The position numbers and the translations under genes are program-made. The notes below the pieces were generated by a model. It was not told the DNA's origin. It saw only the letters and a program-made list of their open reading frames with translations, and made no database searches. 64,000 bases of DNA from a virus. This document shows, one piece after another, positions 8,685-17,384 of the stretch. The stretch lies in the IMG/VR virus record IMGVR_UViG_3300042878_002532, positions 1-64,000 of that record; one strand, given 5' to 3'. The first letter of the stretch is position 1, and the number at the start of each line of letters is the position of its first letter.

Positions 8685-9629
8685 TTAAATTTTTTTGATG
8701 ATTATTCGTATATAATCATTACTAAAATCTTTATATGTTTGTTCAATTTTCCAATCATAGTCTTCTAATCGATTATTCGCCACTTCAATCACTTCTTTGA
8801 ACCTTTCGTCCTCTGTCATTTTAGTCAGTAATGATTGTATCATGTTTCTGTCTGCTTGTGTTCTTCCATATTCTGGAACGGATATAGCATCTGACTTAAC
8901 TCTTACCTCTATAAAAGGAAAGTGTTGGAATGTCATCTTAGGTGCAGACATTGGAGTGTCGAACATCAGGTTTCCATTTTGTCCAAGCATACTTTTAAAC
9001 TCTACGAATACTCTTAATCTTTCAGGAAATATGTCAAGGTCTTGTAAATCATAGAACATCTCTTTAACATCTTCTGGATATAGTCCATAATGTTTCATTG
9101 CGGTCTCATCATCTACTGATTCGTTTATATCTTCATCTTCGTCATCAAAATATACGTAGTCGTCAGGCTGTCTTTCTATTATGATAGATACGCAGTTTAC
9201 CTGGGCGATACCGTAATCTCCGTCTCTCTTTATCTTTCCTGTAGTATATGGTCTGTCTTTAACTACATGAACGTCATATACTTCTTCGAGATGTTCTTTC
9301 AGCTGGTTGAAGTATTCGTCTGGTATTTCTTTTTGATTGAAAGTATGCGAATTCTCATGCCTGTGTATTTCGGCATCTATATCGAAGTATACCTGTATTT
9401 TGTATATTCCTACTCCATCGAAAGACTCGTCTACTTTAGTCGATATGTCATCGCTTGTACCTATCATATAACGGTTTGGTGAATCTGATGCCATCTTTTC
9501 CGTTACGAAGTATTTAGCCTTTACTCCTTCGTCTGACAATATGTAGTCGAGTGCGGCGATGTCTTCTAACAAATCTTTTATTTTAGGTTTGTCGGTATTG
9601 AAGTCTTCATATAGTTTTAAGTATTTCAT
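8685..9629 (-). CDS. Hypothetical protein, CTS-like N-terminus, two-module
   Basis: MKYLKLYEDF; an internal DINES precedes a second module. Confidence 0.75.
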   Translation of the reverse strand: MKYLKLYEDFNTDKPKIKDLLEDIAALDYILSDEGVKAKYFVTEKMASDSPNRYMIGTSDDISTKVDESFDGVGIYKIQVYFDIDAEIHRHENSHTFNQKEIPDEYFNQLKEHLEEVYDVHVVKDRPYTTGKIKRDGDYGIAQVNCVSIIIERQPDDYVYFDDEDEDINESVDDETAMKHYGLYPEDVKEMFYDLQDLDIFPERLRVFVEFKSMLGQNGNLMFDTPMSAPKMTFQHFPFIEVRVKSDAISVPEYGRTQADRNMIQSLLTKMTEDERFKEVIEVANNRLEDYDWKIEQTYKDFSNDYIRIIIKKI

Positions 9630-11020
9630 TTCTTTCCACCAGTTTTTCCGAATCCTGAGATGATTCCTTTATCTTTACCTTTTTGTGGGTCTTCATTGAA
9701 CTTAGTATCAAAGAAGTTTGCGTTGTCGTTTACTACTTTAACTTCAGAATCCATAGTTGCGTACGGTCCAAGCTCACCTGATCTAAATACACCACCAAAC
9801 ATATCTCCATTAAGATAGCCTTCCATGAAATAACAATTTGTAAGTCCTGAGTTATCTACTCTACAATTAAGAACTTTTGTGTTATTTGCATCACAATGTG
9901 TTAGAGTTGATTTACTTACTTGAGAGTTTGTCATCTCAGTTCCTAAGAAATTACATGATTCAAATATTCCTTCAATCGTGCAGTTTATGAACTCATAATT
10001 TTTTAGAGTAGTTGTTGACTTAACAATAGTATCAACTATTTCCATAGTCTGTGTTGATGTTACATAGTTGATTATACACTCTTTAAGATCGTTTGTACCA
10101 TCTATTAGATTGTATAACTTAGTGTATATCTTTCCATAGTATGCATTTATTGTATCATAATCACTTACCTGGTCTATCTGTATCTGTATTGTTGGAAAAT
10201 CTACTAAGAAGTTATCATACTTTGAAAAGTTTTTGAACAACTTGATATTATCTTCAAGATATTCTTCAAGTTTTGTTACATCTTCTGAGTTAAAGTTTGT
10301 ATCTGTTGAATCAAATACATCGATTATGAATCTATCCATAAAGTATGTCAACTGACCTATGTTCTTTTCATAATCTTTTCCACCAATATATCTAAACTCA
10401 AGTCTTTGATGTTCTTTATCATTGTTTATATTTACAAAGTTTATACCATAGTATTTGTCGTTTGGTACTCTTAGGTTGTTCTTAACGGTGTCGATGGGAA
10501 TATTGAAGAAGTCATACTCTTTGTATGGTATTATCTTTTTAATAGTCTTTGCATATACGTTGTCTTTTCTCGAAGGAAACACTCTGTATATCTCATCTTC
10601 GTCTGTGTTTAGTATAAGTTTGAGTATATTTAAGTCATTTAAGTCTTTATCTTCACTATTAAACGAAAGGTTAAAGTGTATAGAACATTTATCGTTGGTA
10701 TATCCATATGTCTGTATAAACTTTATTATCTTTACTAAATAGTATTTTGCATCATAATAATCTAATGGGCCAGTTACAAGCTCAACCATGTTTGAACCAC
10801 CCGAAAGATCCGGTTCTATTTTGAAGTTGTTTTCGTCTGGCGTGAAGTCAGAGTGGTATTGTCTGAATCCCCATACCTTTACAGGTGCCAAATCTACATT
10901 TAGCATCTCTAATGTTTTGTAGAAGGATAGATCCTTCATATAGAACTCGAACTCGAAACCTATTCTGGCATGTTTCAACTTGCTTGATTGGTTTATGAAT
11001 TTATCCGAATATTTTTTCAT
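9626..11020 (-). CDS. Putative amidoligase (COOH-NH2 ligase) with C-terminal beta-helix-like repeats
   Basis: GFEFEF, EPDLS, ELVTGP, CSIHFNLS, KYYGINF, EFRYIGG; C-terminus has pentapeptide-like periodicity. Confidence 0.75.
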   Translation of the reverse strand: MKKYSDKFINQSSKLKHARIGFEFEFYMKDLSFYKTLEMLNVDLAPVKVWGFRQYHSDFTPDENNFKIEPDLSGGSNMVELVTGPLDYYDAKYYLVKIIKFIQTYGYTNDKCSIHFNLSFNSEDKDLNDLNILKLILNTDEDEIYRVFPSRKDNVYAKTIKKIIPYKEYDFFNIPIDTVKNNLRVPNDKYYGINFVNINNDKEHQRLEFRYIGGKDYEKNIGQLTYFMDRFIIDVFDSTDTNFNSEDVTKLEEYLEDNIKLFKNFSKYDNFLVDFPTIQIQIDQVSDYDTINAYYGKIYTKLYNLIDGTNDLKECIINYVTSTQTMEIVDTIVKSTTTLKNYEFINCTIEGIFESCNFLGTEMTNSQVSKSTLTHCDANNTKVLNCRVDNSGLTNCYFMEGYLNGDMFGGVFRSGELGPYATMDSEVKVVNDNANFFDTKFNEDPQKGKDKGIISGFGKTGGKK

Positions 11021-11154
11021 AGAATATATATTAAAATATTATTTCCATTATTTAATTTAGGAGAGGAAATCTCTTTTATATATACTTTCAATAAAATAGG
11101 CGACAACTTTTAACCTTGTTAAAGAACTTCGAACTAAAAAAGTAAATATAAAAT

Positions 11155-11544
11155 ATGAATTTTTTCTGTGTTTATGTCAAGACTCGTAAGAAGATGGATA
11201 AGTACATAAAGGTTAATAAGGTTAAGAACAAGTATATAATCGACATAAAGAAGATAATAGAAGAAGAAGAGTTATCTCATTCCGAAGACAAAACCTATTT
11301 GAAGATAATAATATTCAATAAGATACAACAAGCTATCGATAAGAAAAAGGATATTTATTACATACCTGACTTTGACAACGAGTTTTCAATAGAAAAACTC
11401 TTGAATCTTAAAAAGATACTTGGAGACAACGACTTCAACGTATTAGTATTCTACAACGAGTTTAGAAAAAACCCTGAAATTATAGATGATGTTTTCAGTA
11501 ATTTATCTAAATTTTCCAATTCGCAAATTATCAGAGATTATTAG
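11155..11544 (+). CDS. Hypothetical protein
   Basis: 129-aa ORF preceded by TATAAAA. Confidence 0.65.
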   Translation: MNFFCVYVKTRKKMDKYIKVNKVKNKYIIDIKKIIEEEELSHSEDKTYLKIIIFNKIQQAIDKKKDIYYIPDFDNEFSIEKLLNLKKILGDNDFNVLVFYNEFRKNPEIIDDVFSNLSKFSNSQIIRDY

Positions 11545-11593
11545 GAGGAGAGATTGCATGTATTTAATATATATGTAAAAATCAATATAATCA

Positions 11594-13591
11594 ATGGCAA
11601 TATTAGGTGGATCACCCCTCGGACTCATAGGACTTAAAAGTGTACCTACCAATGGTATGTCTGGATTCAACGCGGGTGCCTCAAGAAACGTAATTGTTGC
11701 GGACTATAACCGTTCCAAATCACTTTCTTTATTTACTGGTAAAAGAAGATTGAGAGCTTGGCCGAATTTGGCGGGTAAAACTGCTAAAGATCCCGGTGGT
11801 GCAGGTATAGATCCATCTGAGACTCAAGATACTACGGGTTTAGCAGATGTTTATGTTAATAAACAAGGTAAGCTTGTAGATGGTTATACTCCTTCAATAG
11901 AATCAAACTCAAGAGGTAGTAACCTTTTACACAACAATGATGTATATGATACCAGTGTTCTAAATATTTTAGAAAAGTTGGCAAAAACAAAGGCGGCTCT
12001 AAGACCTACCGATTTTGCTTATTTAAAATATTTAGGAGTATATCCTAATAATAGACTAATGATTGCGAGAAGATTTGTCGCACCATCTGGAGATAATATA
12101 ATGGTTAACAGAACTACTAAAGAAGTTCCTTCTATTGCAACGTTGGTTAGTTGGATTCCAGAAGGAACAGACTTTTTGGAAATCAGCTTTGGTGAGGTAT
12201 GGACAGAGGCAAAAGCCGATTTTACCGGAATGTTGAACAGCTTAGGTGAAGATTTCTCTAAGTCCGGTATGGGTAAAATAGCAGGTGCTGCTGGTAACGT
12301 ACTACCACTTCCGGGATTCACTGAGATATTTCAAAGAGCTTTCTTAGCTAAGATTGGTTTGTTAGAAGAAGATGCTGCAAACCAGATACCTGCCGGAAAC
12401 CCAAACTTAATTAAAGAAGCTAAGGTTAGAAAAACTGTTGGTTATAGTGAACCTGGATCAGGATTGATGGCTAAGATAACTATAAAGATGACTTGTGAAT
12501 ATGAACTTAAATTCATTGCAGGAATAGATCCTACTATAGTTTGGATGGATATAATAGGTATGATAGTAAGATTTGGAACTTCTGAATCTTCAAACTATGG
12601 TTTAAGTCAAGGAGTTGCTGCAAAGTTAGCTAGATGGGCTGCCAACCCTTATACGTTGATATCTGATGTTGTTTCGGGTATAAAAAATGCAATAACGTCT
12701 GCTCGATCAAAACTTGAAGAAGCGGTGACTGCAGTTTATAACGCAGCGACTGACGCTGCTAAGAATCTTAGTGATGGAAGTACTTCTGGTGATGAGAAAG
12801 AAATTTCAGAAAAGGCTGCCGCAGAAACTGCAGCGACGGAGGCAAAGGATGCTGGTTTTAATCTTATAGCCAAGCTTGTTGATATCGGAGAATCTGTTAT
12901 TAAAGCAGCGGTTATGAAATATAGAGTAGAGGTAATGGGTATTGTTAACGCACTTACCGGAAACCCTTCTACTCCTTGGCATATAACGATTGGAAATCCA
13001 ATGAGACCGGTTTTTTGTTCTGGTGACATGCTAACGACAAGCGTAGTTTTGAAGCTTGGACCAAATTTGGCGTTCAACGACCTTCCTTCTAGTATAATAG
13101 CAGATTTTGAGTTGACTAACGCTAGAAATCTTGGTATGCAAGAAATTATGGCAAAGTTTAACTCTGGTTATTTGAGAACAGTCGATGTTCAAAAAACTTT
13201 CTTTGAAACAACCGTCAAATTTGGAGCAGATGGAAAAGTTGCTTCACAGGAACCAGTTGGTGTTATGCCTGGAGAAGCAGAGTTCAAAAGTGATCTTGGT
13301 ACAAGTGGTACATCTGGAGCAGGAACATCTGGTACAAATGGAAACCAAGGTGGTGGAAACACTAACAATGGTGATACAAGTGGTAAAAGCGGTGATACTA
13401 GTGGTACTCAGGGCACTCAGGGTACTCAAGGTAATATAGGTAAAACTGAGACTTCAACTAATGTCAAAGAAGTTCCTGGTTCGGGTACACAAAAAACTTT
13501 GACTAAAGAAGAACAAGCTAAGTTAGATAAAGCAACGGCGGATGCAAAGGCAACAGCCGAAAAAAGCAAAATGACGGGTAAGAAAAAATAA
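11594..13591 (+). CDS. Putative baseplate/tail-tube-associated structural protein with GTS-rich tail
   Basis: 665 aa; TAATATATA at 11565; upstream of a gp53/LysM-like gene; PWHITIGNPMRP beta-rich core. Confidence 0.55.
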   Translation: MAILGGSPLGLIGLKSVPTNGMSGFNAGASRNVIVADYNRSKSLSLFTGKRRLRAWPNLAGKTAKDPGGAGIDPSETQDTTGLADVYVNKQGKLVDGYTPSIESNSRGSNLLHNNDVYDTSVLNILEKLAKTKAALRPTDFAYLKYLGVYPNNRLMIARRFVAPSGDNIMVNRTTKEVPSIATLVSWIPEGTDFLEISFGEVWTEAKADFTGMLNSLGEDFSKSGMGKIAGAAGNVLPLPGFTEIFQRAFLAKIGLLEEDAANQIPAGNPNLIKEAKVRKTVGYSEPGSGLMAKITIKMTCEYELKFIAGIDPTIVWMDIIGMIVRFGTSESSNYGLSQGVAAKLARWAANPYTLISDVVSGIKNAITSARSKLEEAVTAVYNAATDAAKNLSDGSTSGDEKEISEKAAAETAATEAKDAGFNLIAKLVDIGESVIKAAVMKYRVEVMGIVNALTGNPSTPWHITIGNPMRPVFCSGDMLTTSVVLKLGPNLAFNDLPSSIIADFELTNARNLGMQEIMAKFNSGYLRTVDVQKTFFETTVKFGADGKVASQEPVGVMPGEAEFKSDLGTSGTSGAGTSGTNGNQGGGNTNNGDTSGKSGDTSGTQGTQGTQGNIGKTETSTNVKEVPGSGTQKTLTKEEQAKLDKATADAKATAEKSKMTGKKK

Positions 13592-13602
13592 TTTTATAGA
13601 AA

Positions 13603-14082
13603 ATGGGAATGAGTATTAAATCACTTGTTGAAGCTAGATGGATAAATAGAAAATGGGATTTGAATATTCCTTCTTTTAAAGTGGATGCCGCTCAGTTAGA
13701 CATATATGTTGTTCAAAGAGGTGAGGATATGAGATTAGATTTGGTTATGAAGTCTATGTATGATGACATATATACTTTCGCACAAGCCGATATTATATTA
13801 CATATAAACCATATTGATAATCCTCTCAACATAAGAGAAGGTATGGTACTATACTATCCACCATCAGAATCACTCGATGATTTTAGATACTATGAAAGTG
13901 GAAATGTTGCATCAAATAAATCTATCAAACAAAGATTAGGAGTTTTAAATAAAACAACGAGAACAGATGAGAAAAGGAAAAAATTCCTTGATGCAAACTA
14001 TTCTTTACCTCCTGTAGTTCTTCAAGAGAACAGGGCCGGTGTTACTGTTGGTGTTAGTACTATAAAAGTCGGTGGACTTTAA
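13603..14082 (+). CDS. Baseplate wedge protein, LysM/gp53-like
   Basis: YVVQRGEDMRLDLV..SMY...ILHINHIDNPLNIREGMVLYYP. Confidence 0.7.
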   Translation: MGMSIKSLVEARWINRKWDLNIPSFKVDAAQLDIYVVQRGEDMRLDLVMKSMYDDIYTFAQADIILHINHIDNPLNIREGMVLYYPPSESLDDFRYYESGNVASNKSIKQRLGVLNKTTRTDEKRKKFLDANYSLPPVVLQENRAGVTVGVSTIKVGGL

Positions 14083-14101
14083 TAAAATAAAGAATTAAAA
14101 A

Positions 14102-15763
14102 GTGGCATATAAAGAAATACCTAAACCAAATTGTACAGTTTATGTACCTACTTTTGCTGATCAATATACTACTGATGTTAGTGTATTAGTTCTTTTCCCG
14201 GGAATACCGGTTGGTGGTAAAACTGGTAAGACTTATTTTCCACCTATGATAAAGGCTGGTGCTCCTACATGGTTTGATAAATATGTAATTGTTATTCCAA
14301 ATGAGCATACCACAAAATGGGATTCTGTTAAAAAAGAATATGGTGAGGCAATGGCTAGTGTTCCACAAGGAACGGGTAAAGATCCAAAGTACGTATTGGT
14401 TGAAAAAACCGTAAGTATTGGAGTTTTTTCGGGTAGTGGAAATGGAACCGCTAATATTCAATCAAAGCTTGTCTCTATAAAGCCAACACATTTGATAATA
14501 ATGGACCCTTCTGCTTCTGGTCCACTCACTCAAAACGTTAAGACATTAGTTAATAAAGGAACATCTTGTTATCTTATGTATAATCCTACTAACTGGGATA
14601 GTTTTCCCGCACTTAAAAATGGATTTCCTTCTTTAGTTGCGGCTGTTGATACTGGTGTGAATAAATCTCAAAAAGTCAAGTTGGGACATACTTCAATTCC
14701 ACCACAAACTCTTAAAACATTTGCACCGGATATTGAAAAAAAGTTGATTACACCCACACAGAAACCTGAAGAACAACCACCAGTTGTAGAGGAAAAAAAA
14801 ACTGATGAGCAGGTAGCCGCAGAGGCCAACCAAGATGCCGCGGGTAAAACACAATCTACTTCACCAAAATGGAATATAACCATAGATGGTTTAGGAGATT
14901 CTGCGGTTGGTGCTGCCCCGGTTGCATATGAAATTAGTGCTAAAAAAGATCTTCCTGGCTTCACTATATACGTTGGAAATCCAGCAACTGATTGGGCTAG
15001 ATTTGGAGAGACGGTTCCTCCTGATGGTGATAACTTTGAAGATGTTGGTGATGATGAAGAGTATACTGAAGGTGGATTCGCGGGAGCCGAAGAGATGGGT
15101 ATAGAATTTGAGGAGATGGAGGCCGCACCTAGTGCGGAAAGAGCGGCAGAGGCTGCATCTGTAGTAGAACAACTTGAGAATTCTGAACCTATTAATGTCG
15201 GTAATCATAAATTAGATTTGATACCAGGTACATTCGTAACAAACGGTGGTACTAAAATACAATGTTGTCAGATTAATGGCTCTGCCGTGAATGTTAAGAT
15301 TGCGGGTGCGTATTTAGATATGGTTGCGGCTGCCAAAAAAGATGGTGTTACAATATCTATAGGATCTGGATTTAGATCACCTTATGATAGTATTAATACA
15401 AAATCTTCTTCTGGTGTAAAAGTAAGTGCTAGTTCACAACAGTCCTTATATGATTCCTATTTAGCAGGAAAAGGTAATGTGGCTGCAAAACCTGGTAACT
15501 CGAATCATGGAAATGGTATTGGATTAGATACAAACGCCGGTGGTAAATCAAAAGGAAGATTTATAAACGTAAATCAGAAAGTTTATACCTGGTTGGTCAA
15601 AAACTCATGGAAGTATGGATTCGTTAGAGCGGTTAAGAACGAAGAATGGCATTTCGACTACCTACCAGACCTTGCTAAAAAAGGACCTTATGGTAAAATC
15701 GCAGGAACTGATGCCAATAAATTTTACTCAGATTGGGGACTTGATAAATTATCAATCACATAA
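14102..15763 (+). CDS. Virion-associated peptidoglycan peptidase: alpha/beta-hydrolase-like N-domain plus M15B (VanY-like) C-domain
   Basis: SGFRS, SNHGNGIGLD (SxH..D), EEWHFDY (ExxH); GVFSGSG nucleophile-elbow-like motif in the N-domain. Confidence 0.8.
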   Translation: MAYKEIPKPNCTVYVPTFADQYTTDVSVLVLFPGIPVGGKTGKTYFPPMIKAGAPTWFDKYVIVIPNEHTTKWDSVKKEYGEAMASVPQGTGKDPKYVLVEKTVSIGVFSGSGNGTANIQSKLVSIKPTHLIIMDPSASGPLTQNVKTLVNKGTSCYLMYNPTNWDSFPALKNGFPSLVAAVDTGVNKSQKVKLGHTSIPPQTLKTFAPDIEKKLITPTQKPEEQPPVVEEKKTDEQVAAEANQDAAGKTQSTSPKWNITIDGLGDSAVGAAPVAYEISAKKDLPGFTIYVGNPATDWARFGETVPPDGDNFEDVGDDEEYTEGGFAGAEEMGIEFEEMEAAPSAERAAEAASVVEQLENSEPINVGNHKLDLIPGTFVTNGGTKIQCCQINGSAVNVKIAGAYLDMVAAAKKDGVTISIGSGFRSPYDSINTKSSSGVKVSASSQQSLYDSYLAGKGNVAAKPGNSNHGNGIGLDTNAGGKSKGRFINVNQKVYTWLVKNSWKYGFVRAVKNEEWHFDYLPDLAKKGPYGKIAGTDANKFYSDWGLDKLSIT

Positions 15764-15793
15764 AAAAATCCTGTTCTAAGTAACAGGATTTTT
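15764..15793. terminator. Bidirectional intrinsic terminator
   Basis: AAAAATCCTGTT-CTAAGT-AACAGGATTTTT between convergent genes. Confidence 0.75.
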
Positions 15794-17374
15794 AGTTATT
15801 GCGGTATCTGAAAGTGTTGTTCCGGCTGCTATGGTAGTCATATCTGGCTTAATTATAATAAGAACAACTCTTCTGTTTTTTTGTTTATTTTCTGCATTTT
15901 TGTTATCTGTGAGTGGTTTTGTTTCTCCCAATCCTTCGGTTGTTATCATTCCTTCTGCAACTCCTTTATCTACTAAATACTTCTTCGTAGATGCTGCTCT
16001 TCTATTTGATAGAGATAAATTACTTTCATTTGATCCATCAGAATCGGTATGTCCTTCAACCTTAAGCTTCCAAGATGTTTCTTTTTTAAGAAGTTCTGCC
16101 AACTTATTCAAGCTTTCAAAACTTTCTGGTCTTATATCAGATTTGTTTGTGTCAAAGTTTAGATTTCTAAATGCAGTTATTACTACTTCTTCTACCTCGG
16201 CAGGTGGAGTAGATGGTGTTCCTGCTATTTTTTCCTCAACCGCAGGTGGTGGAGTAGATGCAGTTCCAGGATCTGGAACAGCTTTGTTAGTCTGAACACT
16301 TTTCGCCGCTTCATCCCAGTCATCTCTTGTAGATAATGTATATGTCAATTTGTTACCATACTTATCTTTATGTACCTCACATAGTTTAAAAAAATCATTA
16401 AGGTCATCTGCTGTAGAAAAAACTTGTGAACCATCTTCTGACCAGTTTCCAACTTTTTTACCTCCTGGATATCCTAAATGTATTTTTATACCAAAATCAC
16501 CGTTTCCATCATCGTTTACTTTTTGTGGTGATGTTAGATTACTTGGAAGAAACTCTGGTCTATCATATTCTTTATCCAACCAAACCATTTGTTTAGAATC
16601 TTTAGTAGTCAATAAAGCAGGTGCTCCACCATATTTTGATATTTTATAAACATCGATATATTGTGAAGGAACTAATATTCTTATTCCTTTAAGTTTATTG
16701 TCTTCTATTGGTGCAACTGCTGGTTTTGTATCGGTTTTAGGTGCGACTACTTCTGGTGTTGATGCAGTTCCTTCTGGTGTTTTATCTTTTGAGTTTTTTA
16801 TCAAAGCATAAGCTCCTGCACCTACTAATGCGGCACCTCCGGCAACTGCGGCAACTGCCAATGCTTTATCTTTATCAAAATTAAATGTAAATCCGGCAGG
16901 AGATCCTGGTGTACTAGCAGTGCCGGCCGCGGTGGCTGACGTAACTGCTACGGCTGTTGCGTTTTTTTCTGGTGTGGTAACTGCCGCAGTCTCGGGCGTC
17001 GTTGTGGTTGTAGTAGTTGTAGCCACTTCTTTAGGTGGATCTAAACTAAAATCAATGTTCAGTCCATACTTTACTGCAAACTCATCTGTTATTATAGCGA
17101 CCATTTCGGTTGCTAATACCTTTGGTGGTGAGAACATCGATGCTTCACCATTCTTTATTATTGTTCCATTGTTGTCAGGAACGACTAAGTTGGTCTGTGG
17201 ATTAGTGAACGGAACTGGAATTCCAGTAACCTCACCTACGGCAGTCCTTTCGGTCATTCCGCTGGCTGCAATTGTTTCGTTTATGGTTATCTTCCCGGAT
17301 AGGTTCTTCTCAAAATTGTTCTGAGTACTACCGTAAAACATCGGATTCGTTATGTATAACTTATATTCTATCAT
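15776..17374 (-). CDS. Tail-associated protein: shared N-module, hydrophobic helix, C-half of an L,D-transpeptidase-like domain, OmpA-C peptidoglycan-binding domain
   Basis: NFDTNKSDI..VEGHTDSDG..LSNRRA..GLGETKP..KNRRV; GIKIH..NWSEDGSQVF aligns with ORF 49195..49791. Confidence 0.8.
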   Translation of the reverse strand: MIEYKLYITNPMFYGSTQNNFEKNLSGKITINETIAASGMTERTAVGEVTGIPVPFTNPQTNLVVPDNNGTIIKNGEASMFSPPKVLATEMVAIITDEFAVKYGLNIDFSLDPPKEVATTTTTTTTPETAAVTTPEKNATAVAVTSATAAGTASTPGSPAGFTFNFDKDKALAVAAVAGGAALVGAGAYALIKNSKDKTPEGTASTPEVVAPKTDTKPAVAPIEDNKLKGIRILVPSQYIDVYKISKYGGAPALLTTKDSKQMVWLDKEYDRPEFLPSNLTSPQKVNDDGNGDFGIKIHLGYPGGKKVGNWSEDGSQVFSTADDLNDFFKLCEVHKDKYGNKLTYTLSTRDDWDEAAKSVQTNKAVPDPGTASTPPPAVEEKIAGTPSTPPAEVEEVVITAFRNLNFDTNKSDIRPESFESLNKLAELLKKETSWKLKVEGHTDSDGSNESNLSLSNRRAASTKKYLVDKGVAEGMITTEGLGETKPLTDNKNAENKQKNRRVVLIIIKPDMTTIAAGTTLSDTAITKNPVT

Positions 17375-17384
17375 CTTTTATCTT

